In this document: positions 19,130 through 28,458 of the stretch, piece by piece
Position numbering within the stretch: position 1 is the first letter of the stretch
How the letters are laid out: each line of letters starts with the position of its first letter
Origin: Spirochaetia bacterium
GTDB lineage: Bacteria; Spirochaetota; Spirochaetia; WTKD01; G963693115
DNA: 64,000 nt
Assembly: GCA_965196605.1 (NCBI GenBank)
Contig: CBDAKK010000008.1
Location: 539,257 to 603,256 of the forward strand
Direction of reading: 5' to 3'
Made by a program: the position numbers and the translations under genes
The notes under the pieces: model-generated
Seen by the model: the letters and a program-made list of their open reading frames with translations, nothing else
What the model was told of the DNA's origin: nothing
Databases searched by the model: none

Positions 19130-19960
19130 ATGGTGTTTGTACATACATGTGTATATAAAATAGTATGTGGAATAGGGTGTAATGGTGTAACGATGATGGT
19201 GTATCAAGTTTTGCTTGTAGCGCAGTATGTAATGGCTGCAATTGTTTTTGTGGCTCTTTTTAAGTATGTAGCAGCCTATGGCCGCTATGTTGATGATAAG
19301 AAGGGGGCTGCAACGCGCTTTATTTCCTATAGGCGGGGCTGGCTTATTATGGAAGTGCCTGCGGTTTTTACGATACTTATTATGTATGGTGCGGCACTTG
19401 CTCTTGGTAAAAAGCTCAGCATCTTTGCGCTTGCCTTTCTCATTGTGTGGGAAATACATTATGTATATAGAACCTTTATATTCCCTTTTTTAAACCGAAA
19501 CAAGGCGCATGAGTTTACGCTACCCGTAGTCATTGGTGGGCTTGTTTTCAATATCATCAATGGGTTTATCAATGGTTGGGCCTTGTTTTTTACGCCACTC
19601 TTAGAAACGGTGTTGAGTAGAATGATGTATGTGTACATTGGGGTAGCGGTGTTTTTTGTGGGATTTGTTGTTCACGTTACCAGTGATAAAATATTACGGG
19701 ATGTGAAGCGTGCCAATAAGGGGGGCTACGGGGTGCCTCATGGCTTTTTGCATAGTTATGTGGCTGCTCCTAATTATTTTGGGGAAATCCTCCAGTGGTT
19801 TGGATTTTATATTGCAACTGCGTCTCCGGCAGCCTTGGCCTTTGCCTTATTTACGTGTGGAAATCTCATTCCTCGTGCGTATAGGCACAGAAAGTGGTAC
19901 AGGAGTAATTTTACAGAATATCCGCAAAGTCGGAAAATAATTATTCCCTTTGTGTGGTAG
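19130..19960 (+). CDS. 3-oxo-5-alpha-steroid 4-dehydrogenase (SRD5A/DUF1295) family membrane protein
   Basis: C-terminal motif KGGYGVPHGFLHSYVAAPNYFGEILQWFGFY matches the steroid 5-alpha-reductase family signature (GG..EYVS.ANFLGEI.EW). The true start may be the Met at about 19192. Confidence 0.65.
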   Translation: MVFVHTCVYKIVCGIGCNGVTMMVYQVLLVAQYVMAAIVFVALFKYVAAYGRYVDDKKGAATRFISYRRGWLIMEVPAVFTILIMYGAALALGKKLSIFALAFLIVWEIHYVYRTFIFPFLNRNKAHEFTLPVVIGGLVFNIINGFINGWALFFTPLLETVLSRMMYVYIGVAVFFVGFVVHVTSDKILRDVKRANKGGYGVPHGFLHSYVAAPNYFGEILQWFGFYIATASPAALAFALFTCGNLIPRAYRHRKWYRSNFTEYPQSRKIIIPFVW

Positions 19961-19987
19961 AGACACGGGGGAGATAGGGATTGATGT

Positions 19988-20971
19988 ATGGATAGTATAG
20001 CAGTTACAGGTGCTTCGGGGCATTTGGGAAATGTGATAGTCCGAAAGTTGCTGGAGAAGGGGCTCTCGGTTCGAGTTTTGGTGCACAAGGATGCTCGTGC
20101 CTTGGAAGGCTTGGATATTGTGCGAATACATGGGGATATACAGGACATTAATGCATTGCGTACTTTGTGCAAGGGGTGTAAGACGCTGTATCACTGTGCT
20201 GCGCATATTTCTATAGTGTCGTATGAAAAGAAGAAGCTGCACAACGTGAATGTGGAGGGAACCCTCAACGCCATGAAGGTTGCGCGTGAGCAGGGAATGC
20301 GACTGGTGTACATAAGCTCCATAGAGGCTATAGGAAAACAGCATGAGGGCGTGCACAGTGAGAGTGATGGCTTTAGTCCTGAAGATACGCCTATAGATTA
20401 TGGGAAAAGCAAGGCTGAAGCAACTTTGAGCATTATTAAGGCGGCGCAGTCTGATGAACTGGATGCCGTGGTGATATGCCCCGGCGGAATAACGGGGCCT
20501 TTTGAGTTTGGTACGTCTAAAATAGGCAAGATGGTGCGCGACTTTGTTGGCAAGAAATTACCCTCCGGTATTAAAGAGGGGGGCTTTTGCTTTGTGGATG
20601 TGCGCGATGTTGCAAATGCAGCTATAGCTGCTGCGGACAAGGGGAGGCGTGGAGCACATTATATTGCTTCATCTCAATACATAGAGCATAAGGCAATGTT
20701 GGGTATGATTGCAGAACATAGCGGCACGCCCATGCCTAAGTATTATATTTCCACGGGGTTTCTTAAGCTTATTGCACCGCTTGTGGAGTTGTGGGGTTTG
20801 CTCAGTATGAAGGAGCCTTTGTTTTCTTCTGGTGCAGCGCGCGTCTTAGAAAGCAAGTTTAAAGTGCATTCCGCTTGTTTGGAGCAAGACTTGGGGGTGG
20901 TTCCACGCCCATTGGTGGAGTCGCTTATAGACCAAGTTGCGTGGTATGAGGGCAAGAGCGTTCCATTATAA
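19988..20971 (+). CDS. NAD(P)-dependent epimerase/dehydratase (extended SDR; 3beta-HSD/cinnamoyl-CoA-reductase-like)
   Basis: N-terminal Rossmann motif VTGASGHLGNVIVRKLL and the extended SDR length (327 aa). Confidence 0.7.
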   Translation: MDSIAVTGASGHLGNVIVRKLLEKGLSVRVLVHKDARALEGLDIVRIHGDIQDINALRTLCKGCKTLYHCAAHISIVSYEKKKLHNVNVEGTLNAMKVAREQGMRLVYISSIEAIGKQHEGVHSESDGFSPEDTPIDYGKSKAEATLSIIKAAQSDELDAVVICPGGITGPFEFGTSKIGKMVRDFVGKKLPSGIKEGGFCFVDVRDVANAAIAAADKGRRGAHYIASSQYIEHKAMLGMIAEHSGTPMPKYYISTGFLKLIAPLVELWGLLSMKEPLFSSGAARVLESKFKVHSACLEQDLGVVPRPLVESLIDQVAWYEGKSVPL

Positions 20972-21058
20972 AAAAGCAACAGGCGCCATGCTTGTAAAGG
21001 CTTAGTACATCGTCTACGCCCAGCCGTAATGCAAGCTTTGCACATGCATAAAAATGCC

Positions 21059-21964
21059 TTAGTGTTCCGTGGGCTTGTCTAAAAATAGTACTTCTACCGT
21101 TTCTGTTTTTTTTCCTTTAGCGCGCCTTGCGTATGCTTTTTGTAGGTGCGCGCCAAGTGCCAAGGGTCCCCATATTTCAGTAAAGTAATGCCCCGCGCTC
21201 AGCACATGCATGCCGAGTTCTTCAGCGCGCAAGGCGGCTATGTGAGAGGCGTCTCCCGTTATCAACATGTCTGCGCCTTGTGCATGAACCTCGTCTAAAA
21301 AGGCATGTCCCGAGCCTGAGACCACGGCGACCTTTTGCACCATGGGCGCGCCGTGGAGGGCAAGAGACAGGGGACGTGGAAGCGTTGATGCTTGGGTGTT
21401 CTCAGATGTAGATGCTACCGCATGGCTGATAAGTCCATAGGGCGTGGCGTATGGGATGCATGCGTTTTGGTTTGTGGTGGGGCTGTTGGGGTAGGCAAAG
21501 AGCTTTTTTATTATGGCATGAGGGCTGAGCGCGCGTGTAAGCTGCCCGCACACGCCTATGGGGGTGCCTTTGTGCATGGCGCAGGGCTTGCAGTTTTTAA
21601 GCCCTATTTTGCGCGCGAGTTGGGCGTTGTTGCCAAGTGGTATGTGTGCGTCTAGTGGTAAGTGTACGGCGTAGAGCGCAATGTCATGAGCAATGAGCGC
21701 CTGTAGCTTTGTGTGCATGGCCTGCGTTATGGGCGCTGTGTGTCCCCAAAACAAGCCGTGGTGTACCACAAGCAGGTCTACGTTGTGCGTTGCCGCCGCG
21801 TTTATAATGGGCACTGAGGCGTCCACGGCAACGGCAATGCGCGCTATGTTTTTTTTTGACGGCGATGCATTGGCAACCTGTATGCCGTTTATTGTGTCTA
21901 TGTCTTTAAAGGCTTGAAAGTCCAGGGTTTTGCTGAGCAGTGCATGTATTTCTTCTAAGGTCAT
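21059..21964 (-). CDS. Nif3-like dinuclear metal centre protein (YqfO/YbgI family)
   Basis: N-terminal VVHHGLFW and a C-terminal metal-binding region (ITGDASHIA...SAGHY). The length suggests the PII-like insert typical of the family. Confidence 0.7.
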   Translation of the reverse strand: MTLEEIHALLSKTLDFQAFKDIDTINGIQVANASPSKKNIARIAVAVDASVPIINAAATHNVDLLVVHHGLFWGHTAPITQAMHTKLQALIAHDIALYAVHLPLDAHIPLGNNAQLARKIGLKNCKPCAMHKGTPIGVCGQLTRALSPHAIIKKLFAYPNSPTTNQNACIPYATPYGLISHAVASTSENTQASTLPRPLSLALHGAPMVQKVAVVSGSGHAFLDEVHAQGADMLITGDASHIAALRAEELGMHVLSAGHYFTEIWGPLALGAHLQKAYARRAKGKKTETVEVLFLDKPTEH

Positions 21965-22012
21965 ATTTGTATTGTAGAAAAAACAGGCATGGTAAGAATG
22001 AGCACAAGGTGC

Positions 22013-22513
22013 TTATGAAAAGAAAAGAATATTTAGTGCTACGAAAGAGGGTTTAAAGAACTTTATTATTTTTTTCTGTACCTTGTTGCCTGCAGAGTCT
22101 ACTACAACCTTGCCATTGTCCTGCATGGTGAGCGTGTCTTTTATGATTCTGCCTCGCACATTTGCAGAGAGCTGTATGGTGCTTGCAGAACCTGTGCTTT
22201 TTTGCGTCCCTGCAAGGTCAAAGCCTTTTTCAAAGCTGCGGCTTGTTTTGTTGCCAAACCACAGAGAACCACGCACGCTGTTGTTTTTTCCGCGTGTAAG
22301 TCGGTATTGCACAATGAGGTTTTTTGTGCCAAGTGCTAGAGAAAAAGAAAGTCGTTTTGCAAAAGGAAGGCTGCGTCCCCCACGAGCTGCCATAGATTTT
22401 GTTTCCATAGGGTCTATGGTTCCTTCATAGGTGCCAAGTGTGTGTTGTGGCGTGTTCTCACAGCTGGTGAAAACAAAGCTTACAGTTAATAAAAAGCATA
22501 AAAGTTTTTTCAT
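22013..22513 (-). CDS. small lipoprotein, tandem paralog family member 1
   Basis: Signal peptide plus lipobox FVFTSC. Shares the G(T)YEGT motif and the C-terminal DNG..L.D..GNK..KK with the two neighbours. Confidence 0.55.
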   Translation of the reverse strand: MKKLLCFLLTVSFVFTSCENTPQHTLGTYEGTIDPMETKSMAARGGRSLPFAKRLSFSLALGTKNLIVQYRLTRGKNNSVRGSLWFGNKTSRSFEKGFDLAGTQKSTGSASTIQLSANVRGRIIKDTLTMQDNGKVVVDSAGNKVQKKIIKFFKPSFVALNILFFS

Positions 22514-22551
22514 ATGTAATTACCTGCCTGCAATAAAGGTGCATAAAAAAA

Positions 22552-22589
22552 CTCCCAAGGCGTAGAGTACGCCCGACGGGAGTTTTTTT
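22552..22589. terminator. bidirectional rho-independent terminator
   Basis: ctcccaaggcgtagagtacgcccgacgggag hairpin flanked by an A-run (22545-22550) and a T-run (22583-22589). Confidence 0.7.
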
Positions 22590-22616
22590 ATATATCAAGG
22601 TTAAACGAGCAATGTG

Positions 22617-23195
22617 CTACTTCTTTTTGAGTTTGTTGCCCATAGAGTCTTCTAATACCGCGCCATTGTCCTTTACCTTCAATTCTCCAGGGACTTTTTT
22701 TCCAAAAGCAGATTTTGGATTTACAACTATTTCTTCCAATTGCTTTTTTACTTTTTTGCGTTGCTCAGGAGATAAAGGTAGGGAGTTTAAAGAAGAAAGT
22801 TGTGTTGTTGCAGTTTTTTTTGTTTCTTCTAGTACTATTTTTTGATCTTCTGTACTTAAGCCTTCCAATGTAGTTTCTAGTGTGTACGCCAATATAACCA
22901 TCCCAGCTCTATCTTCTAAATTTCCTGTTATCTTACCAATCTTGATAAACTTACTATCAAATTTTCTTAAAACAGTTCCAGTAACTTTATTGTTGCTTTC
23001 TCGTTTGAGTTTGAACTGACTAGTTACGTTGTTAGCAGTTCCTTCATACGTGCCGTCTATGTTGACAGACGATGCATTATTGCAGCCCTCCGCTGACATG
23101 GAAATAAGTAGCATGAGACCAAACAAAGCGGCCATTGATGTGATTATTCTTTTCATAGAATACTCCTTTTTATTATTAAAATAATAAGTTGTCAA
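22617..23195 (-). CDS. small lipoprotein, tandem paralog family member 2
   Basis: 192 aa with signal peptide. VNIDGTYEGT and C-terminal KDNGAVLEDSMGNKLKKK, paralogous to 23432..23977. Confidence 0.55.
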   Translation of the reverse strand: MTTYYFNNKKEYSMKRIITSMAALFGLMLLISMSAEGCNNASSVNIDGTYEGTANNVTSQFKLKRESNNKVTGTVLRKFDSKFIKIGKITGNLEDRAGMVILAYTLETTLEGLSTEDQKIVLEETKKTATTQLSSLNSLPLSPEQRKKVKKQLEEIVVNPKSAFGKKVPGELKVKDNGAVLEDSMGNKLKKK

Positions 23196-23373
23196 TACAA
23201 CTTATTATTTATTAATAGTAGGATGCTATGATTTTTTTTCAAGTCTGCGAAGAGAAAAATTATGAAATATTTTCTTGATGAAAGCAACGTGAAAGTGTGC
23301 CTTTATGTAAATAAGGCATTTTATTATTGTGGTGTTTCTTGTGTGTTTTTTTATTACACATGCAATAAAAAAA

Positions 23374-23405
23374 CTCCCACGCGTAGGGTACGCGGGGAGT
23401 TTTAT
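23374..23405. terminator. rho-independent terminator, a duplicate of the 22552 module
   Basis: ctcccacgcgtagggtacgcggggag hairpin with flanking A/T runs, followed by the same 'tatatatcaaggt.aaa..agcaatgtgctacttcttttt' context. Confidence 0.7.
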
Positions 23406-23431
23406 ATATCAAGGTGAAAAAAAGCAATGTG

Positions 23432-23977
23432 CTACTTCTTTTTGTACTTCTTGCCGGCAGGGTCTTCTAAGCTAGCGCCGTTATCAAGTACTTTGAACTT
23501 GGCCGCCTTGTTGTCCTTAAACGTGTACAAAGTTTTGAATTGAGCGAGAACTTTTCCAACTAATGTTGTATCTGCTGTAGCCGCTGCGCTAAACGCCTGC
23601 TTTAATTTTTGATTAATTTTATCGGGAACTTGTTTCCCAAGTTCTTTGTCTTGCACTGGTGTTACGGATGTGTTGAGTGTAATGCCACCTCCTTCATCTT
23701 TTAGGTCTCCCTTTATATCGGCAACTTTAATAAAGCCAAGAAACCCATTGGCGTTCATTTCTATGGTTCCGCTGACCTTTTTATTATTATCGCGTTTCAT
23801 GGTAATCTTAAGGGTGCCTTGGAATTTTTCTTTTCCAATTAGTGTTTTAAAATTCCCAGCTGGTAGTTCATCGGTTCGTTCGTAGGTGCCGTCTACGTTG
23901 ACGTTTGAGGCGCACTGCGCTGAAATAAGTAAAACAAGCCCCAGTAACGAAGCCATTGGTATGATAATTCTCTTCAT
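23432..23977 (-). CDS. small lipoprotein, tandem paralog family member 3
   Basis: 181 aa with signal peptide. VNVDGTYERT and C-terminal LDNGASLEDPAGKKYKKK. Confidence 0.55.
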   Translation of the reverse strand: MKRIIIPMASLLGLVLLISAQCASNVNVDGTYERTDELPAGNFKTLIGKEKFQGTLKITMKRDNNKKVSGTIEMNANGFLGFIKVADIKGDLKDEGGGITLNTSVTPVQDKELGKQVPDKINQKLKQAFSAAATADTTLVGKVLAQFKTLYTFKDNKAAKFKVLDNGASLEDPAGKKYKKK

Positions 23978-24321
23978 AAGAATTTCTCCTTTATATGTGT
24001 GTATTTTTTGAGTTTTTTTTGTAACTACTCTTTAAACAATAATAAGTTTACTTAATGTTTTTAGTCAATAATATTAATGAAAATAAATAAATATTTTTGT
24101 TTTTGTGTAAATAAAAATTTTAATTATGCTATAATAAACCTTTCGTTTTAAGGGTGGTTAGAAAGACTGCTGCATGCATGCTGTTGTCGTGGTACTCATG
24201 CATGTCTTTTTTCAAGGCTGTGCTAGGTTGCAATAATCTTGTTTAGGCGTTTCCTACTGCGCTTAATGGCTTGAGTGTAACTTAAGGCTAACACGTTAGC
24301 ATTGTGAGTAAAAGCTGCATA

Positions 24322-24915
24322 TCAATAATATTTGCTTTCGCGATATGTTTGTTCTCTCATTATTTGCGGGGAAATGAGTCTTAAAAATAAGTCAACATCC
24401 GACTTGTCAAGGTAAATTGGCTCTAAGGTTAACGCCACATTAGAGGTGGAAGTCAAGGAGCCAAACATTATAACCAGCTGGTGTCGCTGCGCGCTTTGAG
24501 AGAAAAAAACAAATACAAGTTCTGCCGAACGCTCTAGTATTGGATAAAAGGTTTTTTCAGGAAAAACCTTTGAAATATGAATGCTTGCATTGAGGTTGTT
24601 TATACTCGTTATTTTCTTTTCTAGGGCTTCTTTGTTGTTCGTTGCTATTCTAGCCCACACGTAGTACTTTTCAAGTGCATCCCGCATCGCTTGTACACTG
24701 GCGGGGTCAAAGTAATAGTAGGCGCTACTGCCTATGGAGTTATAAAATTTTACGTATAAGGCATTATCTTGATAATAAATAGCGCTCTCTTGTTCTACAA
24801 ATTGCTGTGAAGCGCTGTCGTATAATTTATATGTAAATGCTTGGTTCGTAACATCTGTAGCAAAAACCAAAGACACGTGTACGAGTATAAATAACACACT
24901 ACATATTTTTTTCAT
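24322..24915 (-). CDS. hypothetical secreted protein in an AT-rich island
   Basis: 197 aa with signal peptide (VLFILVHVSLVFA). Flanked by intergenic DNA of about 25% GC (24000-24320; 24916-25100). Confidence 0.5.
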   Translation of the reverse strand: MKKICSVLFILVHVSLVFATDVTNQAFTYKLYDSASQQFVEQESAIYYQDNALYVKFYNSIGSSAYYYFDPASVQAMRDALEKYYVWARIATNNKEALEKKITSINNLNASIHISKVFPEKTFYPILERSAELVFVFFSQSAQRHQLVIMFGSLTSTSNVALTLEPIYLDKSDVDLFLRLISPQIMREQTYRESKYY

Positions 24916-25228
24916 TTGTAAACACCTTTATTTTATTATTGTTATTTTAAATATTTTACCCTATATAATTTATTATAATGAATTTATTTAATAATTCAAT
25001 CATTTATAGTTATAATTAAATATCTGTAATGTAATTATAACGTAAAATACGTTTGCACTTTTACTATGTGCATTTTATGTGAATTGCAAGGTCACAGGTT
25101 TTTTACACCCGTTCAAGTTTTAAAATTTACAGTTGCTTGCATGCAAGGTGCGTAACTGTAGGTTGGCTCGCAAGTAAACGCTACGGCGCACTCAGGCAGG
25201 CTACAAGCTAACTGCGCATAATTTTAGG

Positions 25229-27376
25229 TTAGAAAACACCGCCATGTTTCTTGACTTTGGCGACAGTGGCGCTGCCATTAATACGCTTATGTAGCATGTC
25301 AAAAACATCGACTCCAAGTTGTTCCAGTACGTCTATAATGTCTATCATCACCCAGTTTTCCTTCAACAAGTTGCCTTCGCGCCTCCAAAAGTCCATAACT
25401 CGCATGGTGCAGGCAATGCCCGTAGCCTTGAGGCCGAGCCAACCATCACCCGTGTGTGTTGCGTACATGGAGGGGAAACCAAAGTCGCACGCGTAGTTTC
25501 CTTCAGCGTATGAGGCAAAGTAATTCTCTGTGTTCTTGGTCATAATACCCCTGTTGGGGAATGCCGTGAGGTAGGGAAACTGGTGATAATTTTGAAACCC
25601 TGCGAGTCCTCGCGTGGTGCCAATGCCTGCGGGGCTGTACCACATCATTTCCTTTGCATTCCAGTATTGAGACAAGTCTCCCATAGAAGTGGGGTCTTTT
25701 CCATCATAACGGCAGAGGGCATCAAGCATGGCTAAGGTGATATTCAGCGTTTTCTTGCTCTCCGTTTTTTCTACGGGGTATGTAATGATGCCGTCACAAG
25801 TCATGGGGGTGCCTACCATGTATGCCGCACCCCTGCTGGGGAAAATATCAAAGCCCGCTTGGTGTATGAGGTCTAATACATCAAGGAGGTACCAAGCGCG
25901 TGTAATTTTTCCATGTTCTAGAACAAAGTGTGCTTGGTATCGTATGGACGCAAGCTGATAGCTGGGTGGAATGCCAAGCCATGAATGCTCAAAGCTTCCT
26001 AGAAAATTCCCGGCAATACTTACGCATTGCTTTTCTTTATACGTGCCGCCCATGACTATGTACGGGGTATCCTCAATGTCGGGGAAGGCATGGTACAGGG
26101 GCTGCAGAAACTGCGTGCAATAGGCCTGTACTCCGTGTATTTCATGAAAGGGCTTTGAGGCATGAAGTACTACATCATCCGACATATGCGCAGCGACTAT
26201 GCCCATGGGCACGGCATCTGTGCGCGCAATGTCGCGATTAAATGCGTTGATATAGGAGAGTACCGTTTTTTTATTTCGTGTGTTAGCATCCGCTGTGTGA
26301 AGTAATGTATGCCTAGTTTTGGGGTGTGCGGGCAGTGCGTATATTTGGCAGAGTACATCGAACATATCGAACACTGACCATTCTTCTTGAATTTTGCCAT
26401 CTACAACTTGAAAGTGCGTTATGCCAACGACGTGTATTATTTTTTCTGAGGGAGCGCCAAAAACTCCATAATTGCAATGAACTCCTGTGATAGTCCAACG
26501 CACTGCAACCTTGTCTCCCGTCTTTCCCGTGTTGCACGTTATTCGTTCTATAAAAATATCCGCATTGGGAATGGAAGAAAAAAACGCGACAAAGTAGTCC
26601 CGGATTTGTCCGGTGCCACAATATTGCTTTTCGCGAATAGAATGTAAGACGGCATTCTCAGCGTAATATTGTTCCACGCGGTTAAAATAGTGCTTGTGCC
26701 ACAGCTCTGTAAAAAGATCCACGACAAGGTCTATAGAACTACCTCTCGTGTTGTTTGTAAACTCGCAACTCGCAATATTGCATGGGGTAATGGCGTTTTC
26801 TTCTCGTACCACGCGTTGGTCTTCTACTTCAAAGTTGAAATTGTAATGATGAGACTCTTTTGCCAACTCAAGCGGGTCACAGCCCAGTTGTTCAAGTATG
26901 TAATAATTATCGCGCACAAGCCATTCCTCTTCTATAATGTTGTTTGCAATAATGCAGTCCGCTATGCCCCGAAGGAAGATTTTTCTCCCCGTAGGCGCGC
27001 CATAGGCTACGCTGTGTCCCAAATGGGTGGCGGTGCTGCCCAAACGGTGCGAAGAGAAAAACTTGTCCCCCTTGGCTTCAGACCAAATGACCTCTTCGCC
27101 ATAAGGTACACGGTCGGGAAAGGTTTGCAAGGTCTTAAGCGTACCGCTGATAACCGCATCCCTACCACTATGAGTGAACAAGCCCATGTGCAAGGTTATG
27201 TCTTCAGCATAGGTGTTGTACAACTCCCCAATACCTTTGTTTTCCCAAATATCATGCGTAATGGAAAGAATGTAATCGACAATGTTTACGTACTTCTTAT
27301 CAAAATTTGTTAGCGTTTGTTTTTCTCCCTTTTTAAGCTGCTTTGCGCTGTAGACAAGTGCATCTATGCCATTCAT
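25229..27376 (-). CDS. protein with four tandem SnoaL/ester-cyclase-like (NTF2-fold) domains
   Basis: Four ~175-aa repeats, each ending in a G(I/A)P.TG(K/R)...EEW.V.D....L.QLG motif (for example GAPTGRKIFLRGIADCIIANNIIEEEWLVRDNYYILEQLG and WLGIPPSYQLASIRYQAHFVLEHGKITRAWYLLDVLDLIHQAG). This resembles the single-domain COG5485 ester cyclases. Confidence 0.45.
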   Translation of the reverse strand: MNGIDALVYSAKQLKKGEKQTLTNFDKKYVNIVDYILSITHDIWENKGIGELYNTYAEDITLHMGLFTHSGRDAVISGTLKTLQTFPDRVPYGEEVIWSEAKGDKFFSSHRLGSTATHLGHSVAYGAPTGRKIFLRGIADCIIANNIIEEEWLVRDNYYILEQLGCDPLELAKESHHYNFNFEVEDQRVVREENAITPCNIASCEFTNNTRGSSIDLVVDLFTELWHKHYFNRVEQYYAENAVLHSIREKQYCGTGQIRDYFVAFFSSIPNADIFIERITCNTGKTGDKVAVRWTITGVHCNYGVFGAPSEKIIHVVGITHFQVVDGKIQEEWSVFDMFDVLCQIYALPAHPKTRHTLLHTADANTRNKKTVLSYINAFNRDIARTDAVPMGIVAAHMSDDVVLHASKPFHEIHGVQAYCTQFLQPLYHAFPDIEDTPYIVMGGTYKEKQCVSIAGNFLGSFEHSWLGIPPSYQLASIRYQAHFVLEHGKITRAWYLLDVLDLIHQAGFDIFPSRGAAYMVGTPMTCDGIITYPVEKTESKKTLNITLAMLDALCRYDGKDPTSMGDLSQYWNAKEMMWYSPAGIGTTRGLAGFQNYHQFPYLTAFPNRGIMTKNTENYFASYAEGNYACDFGFPSMYATHTGDGWLGLKATGIACTMRVMDFWRREGNLLKENWVMIDIIDVLEQLGVDVFDMLHKRINGSATVAKVKKHGGVF

Positions 27377-27420
27377 AGTCTCTCCTCGTTTTAAAATTGC
27401 ATGGGCATATTTACCCCGTG

Positions 27421-28449
27421 TTATTCTTTATTGCTTCTCTTATTTATCTCACTCATTCTGCCCAGCACATCGAGTCCTTGTTTATAAAGATAGTGGAGCA
27501 AGTCTATAAATACCCAGTTCTCAGCTATTTTGTCTTTGTGTCTGCGGTAGACGTCCACAACGCGCATAGGTGCATGTACCTCACTCGCGGGCAGTCCTAA
27601 AAACCCGCCTACGTTTTTGTTGTTTAAGTTAGGCCAACCAAAAAAGGCGCAATACGCACCTTCGGCAATGCGCGCGACGTGTCCATTAAAAACTTTATCG
27701 CGCAAGTTTTGTCTAAACGGCAGTTGATGATGCTCTTGATATCGCTCTATGGTATATGATGAACCAATTCCAACGGGCCCATGCCATATCATGTCTTCAT
27801 GCCACGTTTGTTCCAAAACCGACTTGGGGCATGTGTTGCTCTTAGACTTGTTCAAGGCATCCAAGTCACCAATCATGCGGTTAATAAGCGCTAAGGTAAG
27901 TGCGCCTTCGCGTTCATCTTGCACGCTTATAAGCAAGCCGTCATGCGTGCGCGGCGCGCTTTTGTAGGCGCAAGGCGTACCAGTCATGGGAGGCAAGGGG
28001 TACACACCTGCTTGGTACATAAGGCTCAAAATGTCAATAAAAAGCGCCGTCTCTACAATGACCCCGTTCTCTACAGCGTGAAACTCCGCATAGGGTAAAA
28101 AAGCCATCTTCCCGTTTGAGGGTATGCCGAGCCAATTGTGGTCAAAGAGTCCTAAAAAATTCCCAATGCTCGCCACCCATGTGGTTTTACCACCATCGCA
28201 GTCATTTGCTCCTGCAAGGAATATGTCCTCACGCCTTTGCAAGGACAAGAGCGCGCGCCGAAGCGGCAGCCAAAATGCATGCGCAACTTCCGCCGCTCCA
28301 TGTTTTTCGTCAAAGGGATGCATGCCCCGCCAGTAATATGAAGTGCTTGTATAGCGTTCTAAAATCCTCAGCAGGTCTTCATCGCGCGCATCCTCTAAGG
28401 CTTGGTGGTACTCTCGCACCACACGCTTGTCTTGAGCAAAATTATTCAT
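27421..28449 (-). CDS. protein with two tandem SnoaL/ester-cyclase-like (NTF2-fold) domains
   Basis: Two repeats with NWLGIPSNGKMAFLPYAEFHAVENGVIVETALFIDILSLMYQAG and GFLGLPASEVHAPMRVVDVYRRHKDKIAENWVFIDLLHYLYKQG, paralogous to the 715-aa protein. Confidence 0.45.
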   Translation of the reverse strand: MNNFAQDKRVVREYHQALEDARDEDLLRILERYTSTSYYWRGMHPFDEKHGAAEVAHAFWLPLRRALLSLQRREDIFLAGANDCDGGKTTWVASIGNFLGLFDHNWLGIPSNGKMAFLPYAEFHAVENGVIVETALFIDILSLMYQAGVYPLPPMTGTPCAYKSAPRTHDGLLISVQDEREGALTLALINRMIGDLDALNKSKSNTCPKSVLEQTWHEDMIWHGPVGIGSSYTIERYQEHHQLPFRQNLRDKVFNGHVARIAEGAYCAFFGWPNLNNKNVGGFLGLPASEVHAPMRVVDVYRRHKDKIAENWVFIDLLHYLYKQGLDVLGRMSEINKRSNKE

Positions 28450-28458
28450 TGCAGGTGT

